A stretch of 64,000 nucleotides of DNA from Candidatus Krumholzibacteriota bacterium (GTDB lineage: Bacteria > Krumholzibacteriota > Krumholzibacteriia > JAJRXK01), in contig CAVXTH010000006.1 of NCBI GenBank assembly GCA_963764625.1, forward strand, positions 160,001 through 224,000, read 5' to 3'. The number at the start of each line of letters is the position of its first letter. The stretch's first letter is position 1. Of the stretch, positions 10,384 to 21,193 are shown one piece after another. Below the pieces are notes generated by a model. That model did not search any database and was not told the DNA's origin. It saw only the letters and a list, made by a program, of their open reading frames with translations. A program made the position numbers and the translations under genes.

Positions 10384-11352
10384 GTGTCCTCTGCGGTCCA
10401 TGAATTCCAAGTTCTTTTGGCGGCTCCTCGTGGTTTCTGCGCCGGGGTTGAGCGGGCGATCGAGATCGTCGATCTCGCGCTGGAGCTCATGGAAGGTCCG
10501 ATCTACGTACGCAAGGAAATCGTGCACAATCGACACGTCGTGCAGCGCTTCGTGAGGCAGGGTGTCATTTTCGTGGAGGAACTTGACGAAGTTCCCGAAG
10601 GAAGCACCTGTGTCTTCAGCGCGCACGGCGTCTCTCCCCGGGTATGGGAGAAGAGTCTTCAGAGGGGCCTCAAGATCATCGACGCCACCTGTCCTCTGGT
10701 GACCAAGGTGCACATGGAGGTTCTCAGGCAGGTCAAGGCGGGAGACACCGTCATCCTCATCGGCCACGAGGGGCACGACGAAGTCCTGGGCACCATGGGG
10801 CAGGCTCCCGGCAGAGTCGAGTTGGTGCAGAGCGTCGAAGATGTCGAGCGTATGCGGGTGGAGAATCCCTCCCGTCTGGCCTACGTGACCCAGACCACGC
10901 TTTCGGTCGATGAAACCCTGGGTATCATCGAGGCCCTCAGAAAGAGATTTCCTCTCATCCAGGGCCCCAAGAAGAACGACATCTGCTATGCCACGCAAAA
11001 TCGCCAGGAGGCGGTCAAGGACCTGCTGGGGGTGGAACATATCGAGCTCTTGCTCGTGGTGGGAAGTAGCAACTCCTCCAATAGCCGCCGATTGGTCGAG
11101 GTGGCGCGGAGCGCGCAGGTCGCGGGACACCTCATCGACGATGCTTCGGAGATTCAGAGCTCATGGTTGACTGGAATCAAGAGAGTGGGCGTCACCGCCG
11201 GTGCGAGCGCACCGGAGGATTTGGTGGAAGAGGTGCTGCAGCGCTTGCGATCGCTGGGCGGCACGGTGCACGAGAAAGAAGTTATTGCCGAAACGGTCAC
11301 CTTTCCCATACCACCTGAATTGGTGCGCCCTGGCGTCGAAGACAGTCGTTGA
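10384..11352 (+). CDS. ispH: 4-hydroxy-3-methylbut-2-enyl diphosphate reductase
   Basis: PRGFCAGV, IVHN, SAHGV, DATCPLV, DICYATQNRQ, SSNS, TAGASAP. Confidence 0.97.
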   Translation: MSSAVHEFQVLLAAPRGFCAGVERAIEIVDLALELMEGPIYVRKEIVHNRHVVQRFVRQGVIFVEELDEVPEGSTCVFSAHGVSPRVWEKSLQRGLKIIDATCPLVTKVHMEVLRQVKAGDTVILIGHEGHDEVLGTMGQAPGRVELVQSVEDVERMRVENPSRLAYVTQTTLSVDETLGIIEALRKRFPLIQGPKKNDICYATQNRQEAVKDLLGVEHIELLLVVGSSNSSNSRRLVEVARSAQVAGHLIDDASEIQSSWLTGIKRVGVTAGASAPEDLVEEVLQRLRSLGGTVHEKEVIAETVTFPIPPELVRPGVEDSR

Positions 11353-11631
11353 TCCCATACTCTCCAATTTGCCGGCAAAAATTTTCCTCCGCGGACAAAT
11401 TTCTCCATCGAAGCTGGAACCACCCCGGCTTGATGGCGTATAGAATCCCTCGTGGAAGGCACTCTCGCCAGCGCTGTGCTCGGTGGACGCTTCGCGGATC
11501 ATCTCCTATACTGCCCGATCGGACAAAGGAGAGGCTGCGTTCTTGCGAGACCGTGGACCTTCCCAACGCCGCACATACGCGACACGACATTCAATTCAGC
11601 ACTGGTGTGATCATCCGGAGGTACCTGTACG

Positions 11632-12597
11632 ATGATCCAGGTCAGAGACGTGACAAAGGTCTATGGCCCGACCAAGGCTCTGGACAAAGTCTCATTCGAA
11701 GTGGGAAAGAGACAGATTCTGGGCTTTCTCGGGCCCAATGGCGCCGGCAAGAGCACGGCCATGAAGATCATCACGAGCTACATCGCACCCACCGAAGGCA
11801 TGGTCACGGTGGGGGGCATCGATGTCGCCAAAGATCCCATCTCCGTCCGGCGACTGATCGGTTATCTCCCGGAGACGACCCCGCTCTACGAAGGCATGCA
11901 AGTCGACCAGTATCTGCGCTTCTGCGCCAAGGCACGCGGCCTGGCGGGGGCGCGTCTGAGTTCGCGGATCGACTGGGTGGTGCAGCAATGCGGGCTGGAA
12001 CAGATGTACAAGAAGGACATCAATCAGCTCTCCAAGGGCTTCAAGCAGCGCACGGGACTGGCCCAAGCCCTCATTCACGACCCGGAAATCCTGATTCTTG
12101 ACGAACCCACCACCGGCCTCGATCCGCTGCAGATCATTCAGATTCGCAAGCTCATCCAGGAACTGGCCCACGAGAAGACGGTGATCTTCTCCACCCACAT
12201 TCTGCAGGAAGTTTCCTCGACCACCGATCGGGTCATCATCATCAACAACGGCCGCATCATCGCTGACGGGTATCTCAACGACTTGCAGTCGGACGCGCAG
12301 GGGGGGGCGCAGCTCCGCGTCGCCCTGATCGCGGCACGAGAGGACGTGGAGAGGAGCCTCACCGCGCTCGACTCGGTGTCTTCAGTCAATATCGTTTCCG
12401 ATTCGGATGGAGTGGTGACCACTCGCTTGAGGGGTACCGATGGAGTGGATCTTCGCCGTGAGGTCGGGCGGCTGGCCGCGGCGAAGAGCTGGGCCGTTAT
12501 GGAAATGGGTGTCCCGGAGGTCAGTCTGGAGGATGCCTTCATCGAGTATATACGGCGCAGTAACGAGCAGCACCGCAAGGAGGCGCAACATGTCTAA
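11632..12597 (+). CDS. ABC transporter ATP-binding protein (GldA-like)
   Basis: GPNGAGKST, LSKGFKQR, LDEPTTGLDP, STHIL. Confidence 0.9.
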   Translation: MIQVRDVTKVYGPTKALDKVSFEVGKRQILGFLGPNGAGKSTAMKIITSYIAPTEGMVTVGGIDVAKDPISVRRLIGYLPETTPLYEGMQVDQYLRFCAKARGLAGARLSSRIDWVVQQCGLEQMYKKDINQLSKGFKQRTGLAQALIHDPEILILDEPTTGLDPLQIIQIRKLIQELAHEKTVIFSTHILQEVSSTTDRVIIINNGRIIADGYLNDLQSDAQGGAQLRVALIAAREDVERSLTALDSVSSVNIVSDSDGVVTTRLRGTDGVDLRREVGRLAAAKSWAVMEMGVPEVSLEDAFIEYIRRSNEQHRKEAQHV

Positions 12598-13315
12598 CAC
12601 CGGCGTGATCTTCCGCCGAGAGTTCCGAGGGTATTTCGACTCGCCCATCGCGTACATCTTCGTCATCGTCTACTTGCTGCTGAACGCGGGCTTCTTCATG
12701 AGCGGATTCTTCCTCTCCGGTGAAGCGAGCTTGCGAGCGTTCTTCGAGAATCTGCCGCTCTTCAACATCTTCTTCCTGCCCGCGATCACGATGGGCCTGT
12801 GGGCGAACGAACAGCAGGGTGGCACCTTCGAATTGCTGATGACCCTCCCGATGAAGTCGTGGCAGGTGGTGACCGGGAAATACCTGGCGGCCCTGGCCTT
12901 CTACACGATCGCGCTTGCGTGCACCTTCACGCTTCCTCTGATGGTGACGAGCTTGGGGAACGCCGATTCGGGCGCGATCTTCACCGGCTACGTGGGAGCG
13001 CTCCTGCTAGGAGCCTTCTATTTGGCACTGGGGATCTTCATCAGCGGTCTGTTCAAGGAGCAGATCGCTGCCTTCATCGTCACCTGCCTGGTCTGTCTCT
13101 TTTTCCTCCTCTTGGGCAACGACTTCGTGGTGGCGGGAATCGACGGCTGGATCGCCGGATTCGGGAGCTTCCTGAGGGATCACGTGGCGTTCTCGGTGCA
13201 CTGGAATTCGCTCCAACGCGGCGTCATCGACTTCAGTTCGATTCTCTACTTCATCACCATGCCGGCGCTCTTCTTGGGACTGAATGCCATCTCTCTCGAG
13301 AGGAGGCGGTACTGA
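12590..13315 (+). CDS. ABC-2 permease (GldF-like)
   Basis: RREFRGYFDSPIAY, PAITMGLWANEQQGGTFELLMTLP, GKYLA; multiple TM helices. Confidence 0.85.
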   Translation: MSNTGVIFRREFRGYFDSPIAYIFVIVYLLLNAGFFMSGFFLSGEASLRAFFENLPLFNIFFLPAITMGLWANEQQGGTFELLMTLPMKSWQVVTGKYLAALAFYTIALACTFTLPLMVTSLGNADSGAIFTGYVGALLLGAFYLALGIFISGLFKEQIAAFIVTCLVCLFFLLLGNDFVVAGIDGWIAGFGSFLRDHVAFSVHWNSLQRGVIDFSSILYFITMPALFLGLNAISLERRRY

Positions 13316-15039
13316 TGACGACTCGCAAGACCAGTTTCACCCTCACCTTCACCATCGCGGCCGTCGTACTCTTTGCCATCGTCGTCTTCTTCAATGCGAT
13401 CGTGGGAAGCCAGAGCAAGGCGCGAATCGACTTCACGCAGGACAAGATCTACACCATGAGTCCGGCGGCGAAGCGCATCATGGCCCAACTCAAGGTGCCG
13501 GTGCACGTGAAGCTCTACATCACACAGGCCTCCGACATGCCGACGGGCCTCAAGAGTCTCGAGCGCAACATCACCGATAAACTCGAGGAGTACAAGGCGG
13601 CCTCGGGAGGAAAGTTGACCTACACGGTCTCCGATCCCTCTCAGGACGAGGACCTGGCGCAAAAGATCCAGGCCAAGGGAATCAGACCGTTTCAGGTGCA
13701 AAGCATCGAAAAAGACGAGATCGGCCTGAAGCTGGTGTATTCGGCGCTCGAGATGAGCTACAAGGACAAGGACCCTGAGATCATTCCCCAGGTCGCTCCA
13801 AAGACACTCGACACTCTCGAGTACGAGATCTGTCGCCGCATCATCAAACTGACCCGCGACAAGCCGCCGGTCCTGGCCATCTACTCATCCAAGGAGAGTT
13901 TGGACCCGCAGATGGTGCAGCTCTACATGCAGATGGGACAGCAGCCGCCGGCGCCGCGGGATCTCTACTCGCAGATGCCCCAGATCTTCCAGGGTCAGGG
14001 CTACGACGCGCGCAGAGTCGAGATCACGCAGGAATCGCCCATTCCCGACGACGCGGCCACTCTTTTGATTCTCTCTCCGAAGAACCTCACCGACCGGCAG
14101 CGCTACGAGATCGCGAAGTTTCTGCACCGGGGCGGGCAGGTGTTCCTCGCGGTGCAGAACCACGAGTACGACTATAATCCGGGTCAAAGGGGCGGATTCG
14201 ACGTTTCGGCGCGACCGATCACCACTGGAATCGAGCCGCTGCTCGAGGACTACGGAGTTCGTGTCTCCAAGGGCGTTTTCATGGACGAGAACCTCGAGAC
14301 CCTCTCGATTCCGCGGATGCAGAACTTCGGCGGCATGCGGGTTCAGGTCGCCGAACCCGTCCAGGCTCCGATTCAGATCAAGGTGACGGGAGATCAGTTC
14401 AACCAGAACCTGTCGGTCTCCAGCCGTCTGGGAAAGCTCCTCTATCTGTGGGGAGGCCGGTTGGTGCTGGACGATTCGAAACTGAATTCGGTGAAGCTGT
14501 CGCACGACGTCCTCTTCACCTCATCGAACAAGTCGTGGGAGGTGGACAACGACGGGGGTCCCCTCACCCAGCGAGACTTCACTTTCGATCAGGCGACTGC
14601 GCACTCGCGCGCTCCCCTGGCGGTGATGCTGCACGGAGAATTCCCCAACCCTTACGAAGGGCAAGCGATTCCCACCTGGGGCCCCAGCGATTCGACGACC
14701 ACCGGCAAGGCGGTGAGCGAGAAAGCAGGGGAGGGCACGCTGATTCTCGTAGGCTGTGGAAAGATGTTCGAGGACAGCTATCTGCAGGCGGGCGGCTACA
14801 ACAATGCACTGCTCATCCTCAATGGAATCGACGTCTTGACTCTGGGCGAGGACCTCATTCAGGTGAGGGCGAAGACCACTGAGCAGAGGGCGATCCACGA
14901 AGTCTCGCAACAGGGAAAGCTCTTCTGGAGGACTCTCACCACCGTTCTCGTCCCGCTGCTCGTCGCGCTCTACGGAATCGCTCGCACGATACGCCGTCGT
15001 CGCACGCAGGCGGCCTGGCTCCACATGCACACGAGTTGA
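13315..15039 (+). CDS. GldG-like ABC auxiliary component
   Basis: N-terminal TM, RIDFTQDKIYTMS, LEYEI..RI, FLHRGG.VF, C-terminal TM plus RRRR. Confidence 0.8.
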   Translation: MTTRKTSFTLTFTIAAVVLFAIVVFFNAIVGSQSKARIDFTQDKIYTMSPAAKRIMAQLKVPVHVKLYITQASDMPTGLKSLERNITDKLEEYKAASGGKLTYTVSDPSQDEDLAQKIQAKGIRPFQVQSIEKDEIGLKLVYSALEMSYKDKDPEIIPQVAPKTLDTLEYEICRRIIKLTRDKPPVLAIYSSKESLDPQMVQLYMQMGQQPPAPRDLYSQMPQIFQGQGYDARRVEITQESPIPDDAATLLILSPKNLTDRQRYEIAKFLHRGGQVFLAVQNHEYDYNPGQRGGFDVSARPITTGIEPLLEDYGVRVSKGVFMDENLETLSIPRMQNFGGMRVQVAEPVQAPIQIKVTGDQFNQNLSVSSRLGKLLYLWGGRLVLDDSKLNSVKLSHDVLFTSSNKSWEVDNDGGPLTQRDFTFDQATAHSRAPLAVMLHGEFPNPYEGQAIPTWGPSDSTTTGKAVSEKAGEGTLILVGCGKMFEDSYLQAGGYNNALLILNGIDVLTLGEDLIQVRAKTTEQRAIHEVSQQGKLFWRTLTTVLVPLLVALYGIARTIRRRRTQAAWLHMHTS

Positions 15040-15060
15040 GCAAGGAGGGTACGGACTGAC

Positions 15061-16077
15061 ATGAACAACCGGACTCTAGGGGTTCTTCTGGTACTTCTCA
15101 TTCTGTTCGCAGGTGGCTATTGGTACAGCAAGAATCAACGGCGCGACCTGGACCAGACGGGAGGATACGTGGACCTGGTGAAGGGGACCCTGTCCACCGA
15201 TACGGTCTACGGTCTCTCCGTTTATCGCGGCTCGCATCCCGACAAGGGCTTCACCCTCGTGCGTCGCGGCAATGACTGGATCATGAACTCTCACCACGAC
15301 GCCAAGGCCAACCTCAATCGCCTGCGCACGCTTCTGAGCAATCTGGAGAATCTCGACGGGGAGCCACGTTCCAACGATCCCTCCGTACTCGCCGACTACG
15401 ATCTCGACGATTCCAATGCGGTGCATCTGGTGCTCAAGGACGAGAGCGGCGGCGAGATCCTGCATCTGCTTTTGGGAAAGTCCGCCACCGGCGGTGGCTT
15501 CGTCCGGAAGGAGGGCAGCAATCAAGTCCTCTTAGGCAGCCGTAATCTCTTGAGCGACTTCGGAATCTGGGGAGAGGACAATCCGAACCCGGTCGCCACC
15601 ACTTGGCTCGACCTCGACATCTACAAACCAGATCGCGAATCGGTGAGTTCCATTGCCTTCCAGAAGGGAAAGAACCTGATCGCCATGAAAAAGGTTCTTC
15701 AGAAGCCGGCCAAGGTTGACACCACGGCGGTGAAGAAGCCCATCCCTTACGAATGGGAAGTCACCAAACCCAAGCACTTCACCGCTCTCAAGACACGAGC
15801 CGATGGCGTGCTCACCACTCTGACCAACATGCGCGCGCGCGATGTCGCTCCCAAGCCCGATTCGCCCGACGAATACGGATTGGGGAAGGATGCGGACTGG
15901 GCGGAGGTGACCGTGGGCGACAGCACCACCACTCGCTTGCTCTTCGGCAAGGAAGGCCCCGAGGGCCAGTTCTACATGAAAGTGCAAGGGGATGACCGTT
16001 ACTGGTTGGTCTCGGACTACGTGCGCGGAAACGTGTTCAAGCCTCTCAAAGAGTTCGAGCCCAACAACAAGGACTGA
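15061..16077 (+). CDS. DUF4340-domain protein
   Basis: N-terminal TM anchor and two repeats with LADYDLD/DEYGLG...LLLGK/LLFGK. Usual position after gldG-like genes. Confidence 0.75.
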   Translation: MNNRTLGVLLVLLILFAGGYWYSKNQRRDLDQTGGYVDLVKGTLSTDTVYGLSVYRGSHPDKGFTLVRRGNDWIMNSHHDAKANLNRLRTLLSNLENLDGEPRSNDPSVLADYDLDDSNAVHLVLKDESGGEILHLLLGKSATGGGFVRKEGSNQVLLGSRNLLSDFGIWGEDNPNPVATTWLDLDIYKPDRESVSSIAFQKGKNLIAMKKVLQKPAKVDTTAVKKPIPYEWEVTKPKHFTALKTRADGVLTTLTNMRARDVAPKPDSPDEYGLGKDADWAEVTVGDSTTTRLLFGKEGPEGQFYMKVQGDDRYWLVSDYVRGNVFKPLKEFEPNNKD

Positions 16078-16082
16078 GTTCT

Positions 16083-17025
16083 TCAGGCAGGACCCGCCCG
16101 CTCAGGGCGGGCGGTGAGCTGCCACTGTGCGCCGTCCTCATCGTAGAGGACGGCGCCTTCGTCGAGGGTCTTTTCGACCACGGCCAGCGCGATTCTGCCG
16201 CTCTCCATCCGAATGCAGCGCCGTTCGCACCAGCTGACCGCAGGCACGGCGGTCCCGACGCAGCTCTCCTTCGGTGCGCGCGGTAGCCACTCCACTCAGG
16301 ATGGCGGGAGTGCGGCGCACCTTGTCGTAGTTCTTCAGACGGGCCACGACCTCCTGGCCGATGTAGCACCCTTTGTCCCAGGACACGATTTCCCCCAAAC
16401 CCACCTCGAGGGGATGAAACCGCTCGTCCAGGTCGAGACCGGGCCGAAAGCGACCGCGCAGGATTTGCGCGAGCTGAAAGCTCCCCTCCTCCAACGGCAG
16501 CGCTCCCGCGTCGACGAGGCGTTGCGAGAGCTCATCCCCGGCCGGGCACGTGAGGTGCAGCACCGCTTCCCCTTCTTCGCTGAAGATGATTCGTTCTTGC
16601 GTGCGCAGGAACGAGCCGGGGGCCGGCGGCTCGATCTGAAGTGCGCGGGCGAGGACTTCGGCCGAGTCCGCGCCGTGGAGACTCAGAGCGTGGGAGGATT
16701 CGTCTCGGAACAGCTCCACGTCCTCGGTGATGATGAACGACTCGAGCCACTGCTGGAGCAGGGCGCCATGCCCTTCTCCCGCCAGAAGGAAGACCTCGCC
16801 GTCTTTCTTCGCTCCGAGCGCGAGATCGACGATGCGTCCCTTGGCATTGGTGAACAGGGACCAGAAGCTCAGTCCGTCTTCTTGGCGGACGAACTCCGAG
16901 GCGGCGATTCTCTGCAAAAGATCGACGGAATCAGGGCCTCGCAAACGCAGGAGACGCCCTGTCCCGGCCTTCTTGAAGAGGACGGAGCCGGGACGGTCGG
17001 CAGGAGGGGAGACACGGTGGTTCAT
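16083..17025 (-). CDS. ygfZ: YgfZ/GcvT-family folate-binding protein (apparent +1 frameshift near 16210)
   Basis: Signature KGCYIGQE and FTNAKGRI. The C-terminus (GRIALAVVEK...) continues in the next frame. Confidence 0.8.
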
Positions 17026-17192
17026 GGGCTACATCATTAGAGGCCTGGGCCCCATTCTGCCACCTCGCGCCAAGGGGCCTCGGGTGGGAACTCCCGGGGT
17101 TGAGGAAGCTCCCGGGGGGAAGCGGGGCCGCCTTGCCATGCCGTGGGACCACGGTATCTTGAACCACAACATTGCTCTCAAAGGGAATCTCC

Positions 17193-18356
17193 ATGGCGCG
17201 CGTGTATCTCGATCATCATGCCACGACTCCAGTCGACCCACGGGTCGAGGAGGCCATGGCCCCCTATTGGGGCCAAGCCTTTGGAAACGCCGCCAGCGCG
17301 CACATCTTCGGTTGGGAAGCCGCCGAGGCGGTGGAAAATGCGCGCGCGCAGATCGCGGCGTCGATCGCTTGCAAGCCGAGCGAAATTGTCTTCACCAGCG
17401 GGGCCACCGAGGCGGACAATCTCGCCATTCTGGGAAGCGCCCCGGGCCTGGAGCGCCGGGGACGGCATTTCGTGACGAGTGCGATCGAACATCCAGCCGT
17501 GCTCGATGCCCTGAGGCACCTCAAAGCTCAGGGCGCCGAGCTGAGCATCCTTCCCGTCGATTCGGGAGGAAGGGTGCGAGTGGACGAGCTGAAGGCGGCC
17601 CTGCGGAACGACACGGTTCTGTGCAGCGTGATGTGGGCGAACAACGAAATCGGGACCATTCAGCCGGTGGAGGAAATTTCCGCCGCGTGCCGTGAACGGG
17701 GCGTGTTGTTTCATACCGACGCCGTTCAGGCGGTGGGCCGAATCCCGATGGCGATCGACTCGATCGACATGCTCTCGTTGACCGCGCACAAGATCTACGG
17801 GCCCAAGGGAATCGGAGCGCTGATCGTGCGCCGTCGCACGCCGCGGATCCACCTTCAGCCGCTTCTGTTCGGCGGAGGGCACCAGGATGGACTCCGTTCT
17901 GGCACCCTTCCCGTCGCTCTCATCGTGGGCCTGGGTGAAGCCTGCGCGCTCGCCGCAAGCGAACGCGAGCAGCGAGCGCGGCATGTCCAAGAGCTACGGG
18001 ACCATCTCTTGCATCGCTTGCAGGCAGAGATCGAGGACCTCACGGTCAACGGAACTCTACGCGAGCGGCTTCCGGGGAACTTGAACGTGTGTATTCAAGG
18101 GGTGGAGGCGGAAGCCTTGCTCCTGGAACTGCGCGAGGTCGCGGCCAGTACGGGGTCGGCCTGTTCCTCGGCCGAACACAATCCAAGCTCGGTTCTCTTG
18201 GGTCTAGGGCTGAGTCCGGATGAAGCTCATGCCAGCATTCGCTTCGGAGTTGGGAAAGACAACACACTGGAAGAGATCGACACGGTGTGCGACGCAATAG
18301 TGAAGAAAGTGGAAGTGCTTCGTTCGTTTTCACGGCACGATAGCCGTGAGCGTTGA
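17193..18356 (+). CDS. iscS: Cysteine desulfurase
   Basis: YLDHHATTP, FTSGATE, NNEIG, TAHKIYGPKG, RSGT, GSAC. Confidence 0.93.
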   Translation: MARVYLDHHATTPVDPRVEEAMAPYWGQAFGNAASAHIFGWEAAEAVENARAQIAASIACKPSEIVFTSGATEADNLAILGSAPGLERRGRHFVTSAIEHPAVLDALRHLKAQGAELSILPVDSGGRVRVDELKAALRNDTVLCSVMWANNEIGTIQPVEEISAACRERGVLFHTDAVQAVGRIPMAIDSIDMLSLTAHKIYGPKGIGALIVRRRTPRIHLQPLLFGGGHQDGLRSGTLPVALIVGLGEACALAASEREQRARHVQELRDHLLHRLQAEIEDLTVNGTLRERLPGNLNVCIQGVEAEALLLELREVAASTGSACSSAEHNPSSVLLGLGLSPDEAHASIRFGVGKDNTLEEIDTVCDAIVKKVEVLRSFSRHDSRER

Positions 18357-18381
18357 GCGAGTAACTCGCGGAGGAGAAGTC

Positions 18382-18717
18382 ATGGTTCATATCACCGACG
18401 GGGCCGCGAAGGCCATTCGCACCAATCTGACCGAGGAAAACCGCGATCCCGCCACCAACTATCTGCGGGTGGCGGTACAGGGTGGCGGCTGTTCCGGTTT
18501 GAGCTACAAGCTCGCGTGGGAGGATTCCCTGCGTGAAGGCGACGAGGTATTCTCGCACGAAGGGGAAGGAGTGAAGATCGTGGTGGACAACAAGAGTCTG
18601 CTCTTCATCCACGGTCTCACGCTAGACTTCTCGGGTGGACTCAATGGCAAGGGATTCGTCTTCGAAAATCCCAACGCCACCGGCACCTGCGGCTGCGGCT
18701 CCTCGTTCAAGGTGTGA
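18382..18717 (+). CDS. iscA: A-type Fe-S carrier (IscA/ErpA/HesB)
   Basis: GGGCSG and NPNATGTCGCGSSF. Confidence 0.9.
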   Translation: MVHITDGAAKAIRTNLTEENRDPATNYLRVAVQGGGCSGLSYKLAWEDSLREGDEVFSHEGEGVKIVVDNKSLLFIHGLTLDFSGGLNGKGFVFENPNATGTCGCGSSFKV

Positions 18718-18868
18718 GCTTCCATACTCCCACGAAGTTTCGGTCCCTTCCCTCACGGAGCAAATGCTTGCCAGCGCATCTTCAAAATGAAACAATGCCC
18801 GTCGATTTCCAGACGACGGGGATTTCAGTTCTACGGTGGAGTCGGGGAGCGACTCAGAGAGGGTATCC

Positions 18869-20378
18869 ATGCATTTCAGCGTGAAAAAAGAGAGTCTCGA
18901 GGATGCGCGCGCGGAGGTTTTGATCGTTGGGGTGAATTCGGGCGGAAAGCGCTTACGAGGAGCGGTAGCCGGGCTCGATCGGCGCACTAGCGGAGCGTTG
19001 AGCAAGGCGATGGAGGTGAGCGGTTTCAGCGGGGAACTCAAGGAAGTCGCGTTCGCACCCGCGCCCCGCACTGGTGCCAAGAAGATTCTCCTCTTGGGCC
19101 TGGGAGAGATGCAGGACCTCGACGTCGCCGCCTTGAAGGACGCAATGGGAAGCGCCGCTTCCGCCTGCCAGAAGCAGGGCATCAAGTCTGCGGCGGTGCT
19201 GGTCCCCACCTCGCGCTCCACTCACGTGCGGGATGCGGCGGAAGCGACCTGTCGCGGGCTCCTCTTGGCGAGCTACGATCCCGGTCTCTACAAGACCGAG
19301 GAGAAGGAGCGCAAGAAAGCGGCGCTCAGTCGCGTGACTCTTCTTTGCGATGCCAAGAACGCGGATACCGAACTGAAAGCGGGAGCCGCGCGCGGAAACG
19401 CGATGGCGGCCGGAGTGTTGTTTACCCGCGATCTCGTGAACCGTCCCTCTAACGAACTCACTCCGCGTATGCTCGCGAAGGAGGCCAAGAGCCTGGCTCG
19501 CTCTCCGCTGGTAAAGTGTAGAGTCTTCGGGCCGGCGGAATGCGAACGCAAGGGCATGGGAGGACTGCTCGGAGTCGGACAGGGCAGCGCGGAACCAGTG
19601 CAGTTCATCTCCCTCGAGTACAAACCGGCACGCCTGCCGAAGAAAGCCCCCAAAATCGCCATCGTGGGCAAGGGAATCACTTTCGACACCGGTGGAATCA
19701 GCCTCAAACCTTCTGCCAACATGGACCAGATGAAGTTCGACATGGGAGGCGCGGGAGCCGTTCTCGGTGCGTTCAAGATCCTCTCGCTCTTGAAGCCCGC
19801 AGTGCACGTTTTGGGTTACGTGGCAGCCGCGGAGAACATGCCGGGGGGAAAGGCGATCAAGCCGGGCGATCTGCTCCGTATGATGAGCGGCCTCACGGTC
19901 GAGGTAAACAACACCGATGCAGAGGGCCGTCTGGTGCTGGCGGATGCTCTTCACTACGCGAAACTGCAAAAGCCCGATTTCATCGTGGATGCCGCCACCC
20001 TGACCGGCGCATGCATGGTAGCGTTGGGTGAGTACGCCTGCGGACTCATGAGCGAGGACGACGAACTGGTGCGCCTCATCGAAGAGGCCTCCAAGCTCGC
20101 TGGTGACCCGGTTTGGCGGCTGCCTCTGAGCGAATTGCATCGCACCAAGATGAAGGGTCACGTCGCCGACCTGAAGAACACCGGCTCCAGAGATGGCGGC
20201 GCCTCGACGGCGGCCGGTTTCTTGAGTTTCTTCGCTACGAGGAGCGCGCTGGGCGCATTTGGATATCGCAGGGATGGTCTGGGCGGAAGAGAATCGCCCT
20301 ACCGAGCCCAAAGGCGCCACCGGCTTTGGAGCCTGTCTCTTTTACTGTATCGCCGAGGCCGCGGCGAAGAGCACCTAG
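18869..20378 (+). CDS. pepA: Leucyl aminopeptidase M17 (apparent +1 frameshift near 20238)
   Basis: VGKGITFDTGG, MKFDMGG, NTDAEGRL. The conserved WAHLDIAG...KGATGFG lies in the next frame, ending at TAG 20378. Confidence 0.9.
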
Positions 20379-20403
20379 GGCGCCCACACAGAAAGATGAA
20401 CCC

Positions 20404-21157
20404 ATGACATCATGCAGGCCGAGACCGAAGCGGATGGGCCTCGTGCTCTTCCTTTGCCTCACCCTGGCGGCGTCGATTCTCAGCGCGAACGCGGAACCTC
20501 TCAAGAAGGTGAAGACTCCGGAGCCCCCCAAAGAAGCCAAGGAGGGAGCCCAGCGAGTGTTGGCGAAGGCACAAGCCGCGACGCACGTGAGCGCGCGCGC
20601 GCTCAGCCGCGTCATCGTGGGACGGGCCGTGTGCAACGGTCCGGACGGGTCGTACAGGACCGATATCAGTTCTCCGCCGGGGGAACGGCTTTGGTTCCGT
20701 CAGGTCCATCCCGGGAAGAAGGCCTTCGAAGCGCTCATCACTGCCGATGGGGCCTGGTCCATCAAGTCCGACGGTTCGCGAAGCCCCTTGAACTATCGTC
20801 GGACTCTCATGGTCAAAAGCCACGACTTCCAGCGCATCGCCCTCGATCCCGAGAGTTTCGTCTCGAATCTTGGCCTCATCGGAACGAAGGATTTCCAAGG
20901 GCTGAAGAGCGAGCAGCTCTCGGGGTTCACGGAGGACGGCACCAAGATCGAGCTGTACTACGATCTCAAGAGCGGCCTTCCTCTCGGCTTCAAGATGATG
21001 AACCCGCTCGCAGGCCGGTGCCATCGTCACCATCATCTTCCAGGAGTGGAAGGATGTGGAGGGAGTGCTCATGCCCTCGAAAGTAATCGCGTCCGACTCG
21101 CAAGGAAAGTTCTACCTGTCGTTCGAGGGGCTGTTCTTCGATGACGTATCGCCCTGA
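20404..21157 (+). CDS. Secreted hypothetical protein, possibly LolA-like fold (apparent +1 frameshift near 21011)
   Basis: Signal peptide ...ASILSANA. IELYYDLKSGLP, then IIFQEWKDVEGVLMPSKV in the next frame. Confidence 0.55.
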
Positions 21158-21193
21158 GCAAGGGTCGTCCATCGGGGTTCGAATGCTACCGGC

